64,000 bases of DNA from Candidatus Nomurabacteria bacterium (GCA_020632415.1 JACKFO010000002.1:386732-450731), one strand, 5' to 3'; shown: positions 45,096 through 54,537, counted from the first letter of the stretch. Numbers and translations are program-made. The notes: generated by a model not told the origin, from the letters alone.

Positions 45096-45944
45096 TTAAT
45101 TACTCAAACAACCATCGCAAGATCCTGGCTCTTTTTGGCAAAGTTTACCTTCCAGATAAGGATATTCAACTATTGATCCATCTATTTTTAAATCCACAGT
45201 TTGCTTCAAAGGATGAACAGCGGTCACTCGACCTAATCCTGCTTTGGTTTTTATTTCATCTCCGACTTCTGGTAATTTGTCCAAACCATATTTATAAGCC
45301 TCTTCCTCATAACGCAAGCAACATTTCAAACGACCACAAATACCAGACAATCTTTCGTTACCACGGTGCATCAAATCTTGATCTTTGATATATTCCGCAT
45401 TGACATTGCCTAAAGATTTGAGCCAATTCTTGCAGCACAAAGGCAAGCCACAAGGACCATAATCTCCGCAAATTTTTGCCTCATCTCTGACGCCAATTTG
45501 CTGCAAACGAATTTTTTTATGAAATTTAGAGATCAAGTCTCTGACTAAATCTCGAAAGTCTACTCTGTTTTCTGAAATAAAATAAAAAGTTAATCGAGTG
45601 CCATCAAGAGATTCGTGAGCGTCTACTAATTTCATCTTTAGATCTTTTTTTTGACAAGCTTCTTCACAGTCTTTTAAATACTGAGCAACTTTTTGTTTTT
45701 GCTCTTTTCTGGTTTTGATTTCCTCTGTTTTTGCTGATCTTAACAAAGGCTTAACTTCTTCAGTTAAAAAATCCTTTGGTTTTTCTGCTCCCTGCCAAGT
45801 AATCAAGGCCAAATCCTGACCCAAAGTAGTTTCGGCCATAACCCAGTCTCCGAGATTAAAAACATTATGATTATCTTCGCTAAATTCAGCTAAAAATAAA
45901 TACTCTCTCTCCGCTGGATGAAATTGGACTTTAACAAAAGGCAT
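45096..45944 (-). CDS. ricT: PSP1 C-terminal domain protein (RicT/YaaT-like)
   Basis: Cys-rich PSP1 segment CGDYGPCGLPLCCKNWL...GICGRLKCCLRYEEEAY; 282 aa. Confidence 0.7.
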   Translation of the reverse strand: MPFVKVQFHPAEREYLFLAEFSEDNHNVFNLGDWVMAETTLGQDLALITWQGAEKPKDFLTEEVKPLLRSAKTEEIKTRKEQKQKVAQYLKDCEEACQKKDLKMKLVDAHESLDGTRLTFYFISENRVDFRDLVRDLISKFHKKIRLQQIGVRDEAKICGDYGPCGLPLCCKNWLKSLGNVNAEYIKDQDLMHRGNERLSGICGRLKCCLRYEEEAYKYGLDKLPEVGDEIKTKAGLGRVTAVHPLKQTVDLKIDGSIVEYPYLEGKLCQKEPGSCDGCLSN

Positions 45945-46002
45945 ATCTTATCTTATTTAAAATTAATTGCATTATGGCAAAGAAATGATCTTTTTTCAAG
46001 CT

Positions 46003-46039
46003 CAAGAAAAAACTGTCCCGCGGGTCAGCCGCGGGACAG
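46003..46039 (-). terminator. Intrinsic terminator after tsf
   Basis: CTGTCCCGCGG-GTCAG-CCGCGGGACAG (11-bp stem) followed on the minus strand by UUUUUUCUUG. Confidence 0.8.
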
Positions 46040-46053
46040 TCGAAAAATATAAA

Positions 46054-46830
46054 TTATAAACTACGGTAAACAAAACTTTCTAGCTCAGCATTATTCTCTG
46101 TTAACAACTGTTCGATATTCTTTTTATCATCCTTAATAAACATTTGTTTCAACAAACAGACTTCTGTGTAAAATTTCTGTAACTTACCTTGCAAGATTTG
46201 CTCCAACATTGCCTCTGGCTTACCTTCAGCTTTTAACTGCTCAGCATAAATTTCTTTTTCTTTAGCCAAGACATCTTCTGGAACATCTTCTGGTTTCAAA
46301 TACTTTGGCGCCATTGCAGCAATATGCATTGCAATATCTTTTGCCAAATCAACGCTACCACCTTTTAAAACCACGACGCCGGCAACTTTATTATTGGAAT
46401 GCAAATAATCACCAATAATTTCTCCAGACAAAATTTCAAAATCTGGGGCTAATCTTAAATTTTCACCAATTTTGACAATCAAATTGTTTTTAATTTCATC
46501 CTCTGCCCAAGCGGCAAAATTTTCTTTTCCTAATTCTAACAATTTTTCAGCAAAAACATTGACTGAGGAAATAAAATCTTCATTACGAGCAACAAAATCA
46601 GTTTCACAATTCAAACCAACAACAGCAACCTTGTTATCTTTTTTGACAATCGCCAAAACTCCTTCACTAGCTTCTCGATCAGCTTTTTTGGCAGCAATTT
46701 TTGAACCAGCTTTGCGTAAAATTTCAATTGCCTTTTCTTCATTGCCGTCAGCCTCATCCAAAGCTTTTTTGACATCAACCATGCCGGCACCAGTAATTTG
46801 TCTAATTTTTTTAATTAACTCTAAAGACAT
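46054..46830 (-). CDS. tsf: Elongation factor Ts
   Basis: UBA-like N-terminus IRQITGAGMVDVKKAL; 258 aa; downstream of rpsB. Confidence 0.9.
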   Translation of the reverse strand: MSLELIKKIRQITGAGMVDVKKALDEADGNEEKAIEILRKAGSKIAAKKADREASEGVLAIVKKDNKVAVVGLNCETDFVARNEDFISSVNVFAEKLLELGKENFAAWAEDEIKNNLIVKIGENLRLAPDFEILSGEIIGDYLHSNNKVAGVVVLKGGSVDLAKDIAMHIAAMAPKYLKPEDVPEDVLAKEKEIYAEQLKAEGKPEAMLEQILQGKLQKFYTEVCLLKQMFIKDDKKNIEQLLTENNAELESFVYRSL

Positions 46831-46849
46831 AATTTTTTTAATTTAAATT

Positions 46850-47539
46850 TTATTTTTTAGAATTATTAATTGCCTCAGCAATTAAATTAGTAATCACTTC
46901 AATTGATTTTATTGCGTCATCGTTAGCAGGAATTGGATATTGAACCATTTCTGGATTAACATTGGTATCAGTCATAGCGATTACTGGAACTTTCATTTTG
47001 TTTGCTTCCAAAACAGCGGTTTTTTCTTTTTTGATATCAACTACAAAAACTGCAGCCGGTAATTGTTTCATGGTTCTAATACCACCAACAGTGTCTTCTA
47101 ACTTAGCAATTTGCTTAGTAAAAGTAACTTGCTCTTTTTTGGTATACTTTTCCCAATTACCTTCTTCTTTGTCTTTTTCAAGCTTTTCTAATTTTTGAGT
47201 CAAACGGACAATGTTATTAAAATTAGTAAAAGTACCACCCAACCAACGACCGATAATATAAGGCATGGCGCTTGAATCAGCGGCTTTTTTAACAATTTCT
47301 TTGGCCTGTTTCTTAGAACCAATAAACAAAATTTTACCATCTTTTTCGGCAATCTTGGTGGTAAAATCTAAAGCCTTTTTTAAATAAACCACAGTTTTTT
47401 CCAAATCAATCACTGAAATGCCATTGCGCTTGGTAAAAATAAAAGGAGACATTTTTGGATGTCTTTTGTTGGTCTTATGACCAAAGTGAACGCCTTTCTT
47501 CAAAAGCTCTTCTAAACTTGGTAACTTAAATTCTTTCAT
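46850..47539 (-). CDS. rpsB: 30S ribosomal protein S2
   Basis: Likely start MKEFKLPSLEELLKKGVHFGHKT...; the track ORF extends 15 codons further upstream. Confidence 0.9.
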   Translation of the reverse strand: MKEFKLPSLEELLKKGVHFGHKTNKRHPKMSPFIFTKRNGISVIDLEKTVVYLKKALDFTTKIAEKDGKILFIGSKKQAKEIVKKAADSSAMPYIIGRWLGGTFTNFNNIVRLTQKLEKLEKDKEEGNWEKYTKKEQVTFTKQIAKLEDTVGGIRTMKQLPAAVFVVDIKKEKTAVLEANKMKVPVIAMTDTNVNPEMVQYPIPANDDAIKSIEVITNLIAEAINNSKK

Positions 47540-47788
47540 AATTTTCCTTTCTTTTTCAAGATAAAATCTTGAATTAACCCACATTTTACAAAATTTAGCT
47601 CAACCACACGCTTGTGCGGCAAGGGGGCTAAAAAACTAATAAAATGCTTGATTTTTAAAATTAATTAATAAAGTGCCCATACTTTAACACAAAAATTCAA
47701 AAAAAGCAAGAGTGCTCGACCAAGGCTTTGGTATTGACTTGAGATAAAAAATATGATATTCTAGCCAAGCATTAAATTATACTTTGTT

Positions 47789-48103
47789 ATGAAAAAAGAT
47801 ACACATCCAACTTATCATGAAGACGCCAAGATTATCTGTGTTTGTGGAGCAATCCATGAAATTGGCTCAACTCAAAAAGAAATACACGTAGAAATCTGTT
47901 CTGCTTGTCATCCTTTTTATACTGGTAAAGAAAAATTGGTAGACACTGCCGGCCGTGTTGATCGTTTCAAAAAACAACAAGAATTACAAGAAAAAACTAG
48001 CGCTGTCCGTAAAGGCAAGGCTGATAAGAAAAAACGCGCTGCTGTCAGAAAAGCTGAGAAAGAAAAGGAAAAAATTAAAGCCGAAATCGAATCAAATAAA
48101 TAA
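47789..48103 (+). CDS. rpmE: 50S ribosomal protein L31 (Zn-ribbon type with K-rich C-terminal extension)
   Basis: MKKDTHPTY...CVCG...[11 protein letters not shown]; 104 aa. Confidence 0.85.
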   Translation: MKKDTHPTYHEDAKIICVCGAIHEIGSTQKEIHVEICSACHPFYTGKEKLVDTAGRVDRFKKQQELQEKTSAVRKGKADKKKRAAVRKAEKEKEKIKAEIESNK

Positions 48104-48163
48104 CACTTCTAAAAGACAAAAGGCTCTTAAATTTTTAAGGGTTTTTTGTTTTCCTGAAAATAT

Positions 48164-48172
48164 TGCTATAAT
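48164..48172 (+). promoter_or_regulatory. Extended -10 promoter TGCTATAAT 8 nt upstream of the prfA ATG (leaderless transcript likely)
   Basis: TGCTATAAT at 48164-48172; TTAAAAAT then the ATG at 48181. Confidence 0.45.
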
Positions 48173-48180
48173 TTAAAAAT

Positions 48181-49233
48181 ATGAATGAAAAGATAAATAA
48201 AATTAAAGAAGAGCTAAAAACCATTGAAGCTGAGTTACAAGACCCAAGCATAGTTTCTGATAGCAAAAAAATGGCTGTTTTAGGAAAAAAATACAATCAG
48301 CTCAAAGAAATCATTAGGCTTGCTGACCAACAAGATAAACTAGAAAAAGACTTAAGTGAAGCAAAAAGTATTTTGGCCAACGAAAGCAATGAAGAGATGC
48401 TAGCCTTGACCGAAGAAGAAATTCTTGACTTAGAACAACGCTTGGAAAAAAACAAGCTTGACTTAGAAGACCTACTAAGCCCGGCTGATCCTAATGATCA
48501 TAAAAATATTATTTTGGAAATTCGGGCTGGTACCGGAGGTGATGAATCATCTTTGTTTGCTGCTGACTTATTTCGAATGTATTCAAGATTTGCTGAAACT
48601 ATGAATTTTAAAATCAACATCCTTTCTCAAAGTAGAAATGAAATTGGTGGCTTCAAAGAAATCATTGCCGAAATTAGCGGTGAAAACGTCTACAAATATT
48701 TTAAATTTGAAAGTGGTGTCCATCGAGTTCAAAGAGTTCCTGAAACTGAAAAAGCTGGTCGCGTACACACTTCAGCAGCAACCGTTGCTGTGATGCCTGA
48801 AGCCGAAGAAATTGACCTAGTGATCGAAGCAAAAGATTTGAGACTAGACACTTTTTGTGCTTCTGGAAATGGCGGTCAATCAGTAAACACTACTTATTCT
48901 GCTGTGCGGATCACTCATTTACCAACTAATACTGTTGTCAGTTGCCAAGATGAAAAATCCCAAACTCAAAATCGCTTAAAAGCAATGCAAATTTTACGCT
49001 CTCGTATTTTGGCCAACTTAGAAGCTCAAAAACAAGCCGAGCTCTCCGCTACTCGTAAAAGCCAAGTAGGCTCTGGAGACCGTAGCGAAAAAATCAGAAC
49101 TTATAATTTTCCTCAAGACAGACTTACTGATCATCGAATTAAGCTAACTGTCCATAATTTATCTAATATTCTAGAAGGTAATCTTTTGCCAATCATTCAA
49201 GAATTACAAAAAGCTAATCGTCAAAATGCTTAA
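48181..49233 (+). CDS. prfA: Peptide chain release factor 1
   Basis: GGQ motif (GNGGQSVNTT) and the RF1-type tripeptide region RVQRVPETE; 350 aa. Confidence 0.9.
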   Translation: MNEKINKIKEELKTIEAELQDPSIVSDSKKMAVLGKKYNQLKEIIRLADQQDKLEKDLSEAKSILANESNEEMLALTEEEILDLEQRLEKNKLDLEDLLSPADPNDHKNIILEIRAGTGGDESSLFAADLFRMYSRFAETMNFKINILSQSRNEIGGFKEIIAEISGENVYKYFKFESGVHRVQRVPETEKAGRVHTSAATVAVMPEAEEIDLVIEAKDLRLDTFCASGNGGQSVNTTYSAVRITHLPTNTVVSCQDEKSQTQNRLKAMQILRSRILANLEAQKQAELSATRKSQVGSGDRSEKIRTYNFPQDRLTDHRIKLTVHNLSNILEGNLLPIIQELQKANRQNA

Positions 49234-50055
49234 ATGACCATTAAGCAAATACTACAAAAATATTATTCTCAAAAACTAGCTTTAGAACAAACAGAAATTG
49301 ATCTTTTGCTAGCTTTAGCTTTGCATAAAAAAATTGAGTATCTTTACAAAAATCCCGAAAAAGAACTAGCAATTTCTACCAAAAAAGCTTTTCAGAAATT
49401 AATAAGGCTCAGATTAGCAAATTGGCCAATAGCCTATCTACAAAAGAAAAAAGATTTTTTTAATCTCAAATTTTTGGTTAATCAAAATACTTTAATCCCC
49501 CGTCCAGAAAGTGAAATGCTAATTGAAGAAGCTTTAAAATTTTTAAAAAATAAAAATAATTTAAATATTTTAGATCTTGGAACTGGCTCTGGAGCCTTGA
49601 TTATAACTCTTGCCAAAAATAATCAGCAACAAAATTATTTTGCAACAGATATTTCTAAAAAAGCATTAAAAGTAGCAAAAACCAATGCTCGCAAACATAA
49701 AGTTAAAATTAATTTTACACATTCAAATTTACTAAACAAAGTTCCTCAAATTAAATTTGATTTCATCATCGCTAACTTACCATATTTGACAACAGCTCAA
49801 ATGAAAGAGCCAAGTATCAAAAAAGAGCCACGCTTGGCTTTGCTTTCTGGTCAAAATGGTTTAGATCACTATCGAGCTTTACTAAAAAATTTAAAAAAAC
49901 ACCTCTCAAAACATTATCTAATTTTACTAGAAATTGACCCTGAACAAAGTGCTGAAATCAAAAAAATAATTTCTCAATATTTAAGTAAAGCAAAAATAGA
50001 GATTCAAAAAGATTTAAACTCACTAGATCGCTTAGTAAAAATCTCTCCAAAATAA
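49234..50055 (+). CDS. prmC: Release factor glutamine methyltransferase PrmC (HemK)
   Basis: DLGTGSGA SAM motif and NLPY (NPPY-type) motif; start overlaps the prfA stop. Confidence 0.85.
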   Translation: MTIKQILQKYYSQKLALEQTEIDLLLALALHKKIEYLYKNPEKELAISTKKAFQKLIRLRLANWPIAYLQKKKDFFNLKFLVNQNTLIPRPESEMLIEEALKFLKNKNNLNILDLGTGSGALIITLAKNNQQQNYFATDISKKALKVAKTNARKHKVKINFTHSNLLNKVPQIKFDFIIANLPYLTTAQMKEPSIKKEPRLALLSGQNGLDHYRALLKNLKKHLSKHYLILLEIDPEQSAEIKKIISQYLSKAKIEIQKDLNSLDRLVKISPK

Positions 50056-50080
50056 AACCCGTCTTCCTCCAAAAGACGGG
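50050..50080 (-). terminator. Minus-strand intrinsic terminator at the edge of the GC-rich island
   Basis: CCCGTCTT-CCTCCAA-AAGACGGG; on the minus strand the hairpin is followed by UUUUAUUUU. Confidence 0.6.
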
Positions 50081-50083
50081 CGC

Positions 50084-50400
50084 TTAAACCCAAAATTCCT
50101 GTAGTTGTCGAGATCCTTTAGAGTTCAGATTCCAGGAATGCACGACATTGCTCCTCACTACTCAAGAGAAAATAGAAAGCTACGTTACTGACTCGCTCTT
50201 CCACAGAAAGCGAAAGTCCCGTGATCACAAGACTAACAGCTTCTGTTGCTGTCACGACATTCTCCTGGAAATGCCGGCGAGCCGAAACAAAGATCTCAGT
50301 TCCTCTTTCCCCCATCCCCCGTAATAGCGCCTTCAAAGTGCCGCTAAGTGAAGACAGGTCTGGGGGTGGCGAATGAGCTTGCTGACACATGGTCATCTCC
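50084..50400 (-). other. GC-rich (about 50%) 320-nt island flanked by terminators; candidate structured ncRNA or foreign small gene (contains the 92-aa ORF 50118..50396)
   Basis: Local GC far above the genome background; multiple overlapping ORFs in several frames, as expected when stop codons are scarce; transcript boundaries are defined by terminators at 50050-50080 and 50424-50460. No match to RNase P, tmRNA or SRP consensus could be confirmed by eye. Confidence 0.3.
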
Positions 50401-50423
50401 TTTCGAATTTGGGTTGTGGAAAG

Positions 50424-50460
50424 ATCAAAAAAGCCTCTAATTCTATTAGAAGCTTTTTTT
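50424..50460. terminator. Bidirectional terminator between the GC island and the DUF3048 gene
   Basis: AGCCTCTAA-TTCTA-TTAGAAGCT (8 of 9 bp paired) flanked by A6 and T7. Confidence 0.6.
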
Positions 50461-50480
50461 GCAAAAATGTCAAATTTTAT

Positions 50481-51515
50481 TTACTCAATAATTTTATCTA
50501 AACTATCGACAATCTCTACCCAAGTTTGTCCTGGAACCAAAGGAATCTCTTGGCCTTCGTTAGTAAAAAATTGCGTACGGTTATTATCTTTCTTCCAAAC
50601 TCCGCTAGTCTTGCCAAAGCGATTATAAACAATCGCTGTCCCACCAGAGGCAGTATCCATTCCTCGACGCTCCTGATCAATCAAATGACTCTCAATTACT
50701 TGAACAATGACATTATCAGCTTGCAATTGTTCACCGGTATCAGAGACTTGTTTTTCTTGATTGCGCCAACGTTGATAAATATTCAGAGCTTGACTATATT
50801 TCCAAGTGACCTGATAGTTCTCACTAGAAAAATTAACGATAAAATTTGGAATATAATCGGCAAGCAAATCTGTTTCCACAAAATTCCAAGTTGCAAAATC
50901 TAAACTAGTTGTCGCGACGTTTTTCCATTCTTTGAGTCTAGAAATATTACTAGCTGAAGTAAAAACATTATGCGGAGCATCTAGATTGTTATCTCGCCAA
51001 AAATAAATCTCGCCGGCACCAATCTGATCAATGTTTTCAAAATCATAATCATTGATCACACTCAAAGCTTGAGGGCTGCCGCCAACGTGCATATATACCC
51101 CACCATATTCTTCAGCCCAGTCCATAAAATAATTACGAGCTGATCTAACTGGTCCGATTTTATCCACGGCTATTTGACTATCAAAAACAGCTAACAAGCG
51201 AGTGATGTTTGCTTCTGCTAAAGCTTCGTAAACAATATCTGCCTGATCTACTCCAGCGCTATAAGGTAAATCATAAGAATTATCAATCATCACGCTAATT
51301 GGAAAAAAATCAAATTGCTCTTGATCTAGTACTCTCCCATTCAAAGGATGTCGTAAAACAAGTTCTTGATTTGATTCTTGATTTTGATCTGCGTCTAAAT
51401 TTAATTGCCTTCCATCTCTAAATAAACCACTTAAACCAAAAACAATCAAAATAACTGCCAAAATAATGGCAGTTATTGAAAATAATTTTTTAAAATTAAA
51501 TCTTAACATCAGCAA
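50481..51515 (-). CDS. DUF3048-family secreted/membrane-anchored protein (YerB-like)
   Basis: N-terminal TM helix; PISVMIDNS...RLLAVF...IGPVRSARNYFMDWAEEYGGVYMHVGGS pattern typical of DUF3048; 344 aa. Confidence 0.55.
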   Translation of the reverse strand: MLMLRFNFKKLFSITAIILAVILIVFGLSGLFRDGRQLNLDADQNQESNQELVLRHPLNGRVLDQEQFDFFPISVMIDNSYDLPYSAGVDQADIVYEALAEANITRLLAVFDSQIAVDKIGPVRSARNYFMDWAEEYGGVYMHVGGSPQALSVINDYDFENIDQIGAGEIYFWRDNNLDAPHNVFTSASNISRLKEWKNVATTSLDFATWNFVETDLLADYIPNFIVNFSSENYQVTWKYSQALNIYQRWRNQEKQVSDTGEQLQADNVIVQVIESHLIDQERRGMDTASGGTAIVYNRFGKTSGVWKKDNNRTQFFTNEGQEIPLVPGQTWVEIVDSLDKIIE

Positions 51516-51522
51516 GAAAAAA

Positions 51523-52179
51523 TTATTTAGTTTCTTCAGCTTTTGTTTCTTCTTTCTTATCAGCCTCTTCTCCCTCTTTTACCGGCTCAACAGCTTCGGC
51601 GACGGTTTCTTCAATCAGCTTACCTTTCTTTGGTAAATTGACAGAAACTACCGGATCAGTACCATTGGTCAAGATTTTTACTTTATCAGAAACTTCGATG
51701 TCTTCTACCAAAATTGACTTGCCAACGCCGGACAAAATATTTAAATCAATTTTTAAAGTTGCTGGTAAATCAGCTGGCAAACATTTAACTAAAACCTGAT
51801 CACTCTTGATATTAACTTTACCACCTTGTTCTTTAACTGCTCTAGATGTACCAACAAATTCTAAAGGCACAACTGTAGTTAAAGGTCTTTTATCATTGAT
51901 CAACAAAAAGTCAGCATGAATCACACGATCACTTACTGGATCTTGGTCGTAATTTTTGACGATTACTTTTTTATCCTGACCTTCAAGTTTAAGATCAATA
52001 ATATTACTAGTACCGGCTTCTTTCAAAATTTTAATCAATTCACTATAGCCAACAGTGATTGCTAGTGAGTCTTGTTCAAAACCATAAATAACACCAGGCA
52101 CCTTGCTGTTGTCTCTGATTTCGGTCAATTGACTACCCTTTCCGGGGGTACGAGTTGTAGCTTCTAATACAAAAGACAT
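51523..52179 (-). CDS. rplY: 50S ribosomal protein L25 / general stress protein Ctc
   Basis: Two-domain L25/Ctc with an acidic C-terminal tail; 218 aa. Confidence 0.85.
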   Translation of the reverse strand: MSFVLEATTRTPGKGSQLTEIRDNSKVPGVIYGFEQDSLAITVGYSELIKILKEAGTSNIIDLKLEGQDKKVIVKNYDQDPVSDRVIHADFLLINDKRPLTTVVPLEFVGTSRAVKEQGGKVNIKSDQVLVKCLPADLPATLKIDLNILSGVGKSILVEDIEVSDKVKILTNGTDPVVSVNLPKKGKLIEETVAEAVEPVKEGEEADKKEETKAEETK

Positions 52180-52316
52180 AAAATTGTTATAATTTATAAC
52201 TTCTTAAATAAACTTTAAAGTGGCTATATTTAAGCATAATCCAAAAAAGAAGTCAATCCCAACAAAAAATTAAAAAAAGACAATCTCTAGTAAAGCCAAG
52301 GATTAAGCAGATAAAA

Positions 52317-53411
52317 CTAGCTATTACGCATTTTTATGCTCTCAGCGATTCCCAGAGCAATCATCACGGCCCACATTGAACTGCCACCAGCCGAAAGCAA
52401 AGGCAAAGGAATTCCAGTCACCGGAGAAATCCCCATATTCATTCCAATGTTAATAAATAATTGAACCAATAGCATGCCAATGACTCCTAGGATAAAATAG
52501 GCCGCAAAATTATCCTGACTCTTACGCATAATCAAAGAAAGGCGATAAAAAATAAAAGTAAAAACCGCTAAAACCAAAGTCACACCTAAAAAGCCCAAAT
52601 CTTCAGCAATCACAGCAAAAATAAAATCCGTTCCTGGTTCTGGCAAAAAATGCAAATTACTTTGTGAGCCCAAAGCTAATCCGCGACCAGTGAATTTTCC
52701 AGAACCGACGGCGACCATTGATTGAATTACATTATAACCATCGCCCATTGGATCTAAACTTGGATTTAAGAAAGTTAAAATTCTAGCTTTCTGATAATCT
52801 TCAAATAACCAAAACCAAGCAACTGTCACAACTCCTACAAAAGAAGCTCCTAGGGCAAGAAGATGTTTTCTTTGAATCCCCGTAAACAATAACATCACCA
52901 CCCAAGTGCCCAACAAAACTAAAGCTGAGCCCAAATCAGGCTGCAACATGACCAAGGCCACAAAAACAAAAGTAGCAAGTCCTGAAAAAAAGATATGACG
53001 AAATAGCTTAAACTCTTGACCATGCTCTGAAAAATAACGAGCTAAAAATATCACTAAGGCAATTTTGGCAAATTCTACTGGCTGCAAACTAAAACCGGCA
53101 ATTCTCAGCCAACCAGTAGTTCCATTAACTTCTGTACCAAAAAGTAAGAGTAAGAGTAAGACTAAAATAAAAAAATAAAAAATAACTTTTGCATAAGTAA
53201 GCCAAAGGCTATAATTCAATTTAGCAAACAAAAAAAATAGTGCTAGACCTGACAGGGCAAAAAAGATTTGCTTTTTGAAAGTCAGAAAATCACTATTTTC
53301 AATATTTAAATTCAAACTATACAAAATGCTGCAACTTAAAATCAGTAACACTCCCAAAGCCAAAAATAAAAACCAATCTAGTTTTTGCCAATTTGCTAAA
53401 ACATTTTTCAT
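52317..53411 (-). CDS. ftsW: SEDS-family peptidoglycan glycosyltransferase FtsW/RodA
   Basis: 10-TM SEDS architecture with the conserved periplasmic loop GSALVLLGTW...PDLG and C-terminal GGSS; 364 aa. Confidence 0.8.
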   Translation of the reverse strand: MKNVLANWQKLDWFLFLALGVLLILSCSILYSLNLNIENSDFLTFKKQIFFALSGLALFFLFAKLNYSLWLTYAKVIFYFFILVLLLLLLFGTEVNGTTGWLRIAGFSLQPVEFAKIALVIFLARYFSEHGQEFKLFRHIFFSGLATFVFVALVMLQPDLGSALVLLGTWVVMLLFTGIQRKHLLALGASFVGVVTVAWFWLFEDYQKARILTFLNPSLDPMGDGYNVIQSMVAVGSGKFTGRGLALGSQSNLHFLPEPGTDFIFAVIAEDLGFLGVTLVLAVFTFIFYRLSLIMRKSQDNFAAYFILGVIGMLLVQLFINIGMNMGISPVTGIPLPLLSAGGSSMWAVMIALGIAESIKMRNS

Positions 53412-54301
53412 AAACTAAAACGATCTGAATTCTCTGGCAAAATACTATCTGATTTAAAATTAGTCTGATCTAGCCAATTAACATCTACTTTTATTTCCGC
53501 TTTAGTTATTCTGGATAAATCATTGAGCCAAACTGCTTCCAAATCTTTATTCTCCAAAGCCTGCCAATCCTCTACTCGTAAAGTATTAATAGCCACCAAA
53601 CGGTCAATGTTATACAGGGCAATTTGAAAATCACTTTGCCATAAATTATATAAAGACAAATTTTTAGCCTGCCAAGTCACTTTAGCTGGAATATCTATTC
53701 TTTCTTCATTGATAGTTTGGACACTTGGCCCTTGATAACGAATATTTTCTATCTGCCAATCCAACTGTGGACTGTCGTTTTCAAAACGACGCCAAGCCAG
53801 ATCCAAAACTTCCACCTCAACGGTTTTGATCACTCCTACAAAAGAAAAGCCTAATTTTAATAAAAATTTATCTTGTGCTGGGTTTAAAAAACTATATTGC
53901 CTTTCTTGTGGTTCGCCATTAACAATAAAACGATATTCTAAATTGGTCACTGCCCAATCAGTATTTGGATTTTTTATTGTTGCTACCAGATTATAAAGCC
54001 TTCCGCTCACTGGCAAAACTTGAGCTGAGCTAATCGCAATCGTTTGCGGCTGACGTTGTTGATGATAAGTCTGCCAATCAAAATTTTTACTCAAAGCCTG
54101 AGACCATTGGTCCAAGCGTGGACCACCTAAATAGCTACTTAAATTAGCCAAGAAAAAAACATAAATAAAAACCAATAACAAAATCCCTAAAGTCCAAATT
54201 GCTTTACTAATTAATTCTTTATGCGTTAGCCACCAATATCCTCTTTCTAAATCTTGATCGCTTACTGGTTGATAGTCTTCCATAAATATATTATACCCCA
54301 A
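53408..54301 (-). CDS. Membrane-anchored hypothetical protein translationally coupled to ftsW
   Basis: 297 aa, one N-terminal TM helix and a large extracytoplasmic domain; its stop overlaps the ftsW start (ATGA). Confidence 0.4.
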   Translation of the reverse strand: MGYNIFMEDYQPVSDQDLERGYWWLTHKELISKAIWTLGILLLVFIYVFFLANLSSYLGGPRLDQWSQALSKNFDWQTYHQQRQPQTIAISSAQVLPVSGRLYNLVATIKNPNTDWAVTNLEYRFIVNGEPQERQYSFLNPAQDKFLLKLGFSFVGVIKTVEVEVLDLAWRRFENDSPQLDWQIENIRYQGPSVQTINEERIDIPAKVTWQAKNLSLYNLWQSDFQIALYNIDRLVAINTLRVEDWQALENKDLEAVWLNDLSRITKAEIKVDVNWLDQTNFKSDSILPENSDRFSL

Positions 54302-54386
54302 TCAGTTAATTTGACCAAGAGTTCTTATTTTGCTTGACAAGTTTTTAAGGATTTGTTAGGGTATTTTTTGTCTTAGTTCATCAATC

Positions 54387-54459
54387 GGATGAGTAGCTCA
54401 GTTGGGAGAGCACCAGACCCACAATCTGGAGGTCAGAGGTTCGAGTCCTTTCTCATCCA
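54387..54459 (+). tRNA. tRNA-Val (anticodon CAC), with C at position 33
   Basis: Acceptor GGATGAG/CTCATCC, D-arm GCTC-AGTTGGGA-GAGC, anticodon stem CCAGA/TCTGG with loop CCCACAA, T-arm AGAGG-TTCGAGT-CCTTT, discriminator A. Confidence 0.65.
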
Positions 54460-54461
54460 CT

Positions 54462-54537
54462 TGCACCCTAGCTCAGCTGGTAGAGCGTTGGACTGAAAAT
54501 CCAAAGGTCCAGGGTTCAATTCCCTGGGGTGCATCCA
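54462..54537 (+). tRNA. tRNA-Phe (anticodon GAA)
   Basis: Acceptor TGCACCC/GGGTGCA, anticodon stem TTGGA/TCCAA with loop CTGAAAA (U33, GAA, A37), T-arm CAGGG-TTCAATT-CCCTG, encoded CCA. Confidence 0.75.

Noticed and set aside
45019-45096. Possible small ORF or regulatory RNA between gap and ricT
   Set aside because: The spacer is fully accounted for by a ricT terminator hairpin and the gap extended -10 promoter; no additional element is needed.
50084-50400. Assignment of the GC island to RNase P RNA or tmRNA
   Set aside because: Partial resemblances were noted (CGAAAGUCCCG versus P4 GGAAAGUCCGGG; CAACAGAAGC versus CR-III; ACAGGAAUUUUGGGUUUAAG versus ACAGAACCCGGCUUA), but they occur in the wrong order or strand and lack complementary P4 partners. 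No tmRNA T-arm or tag reading frame is present. Left as an unclassified candidate.
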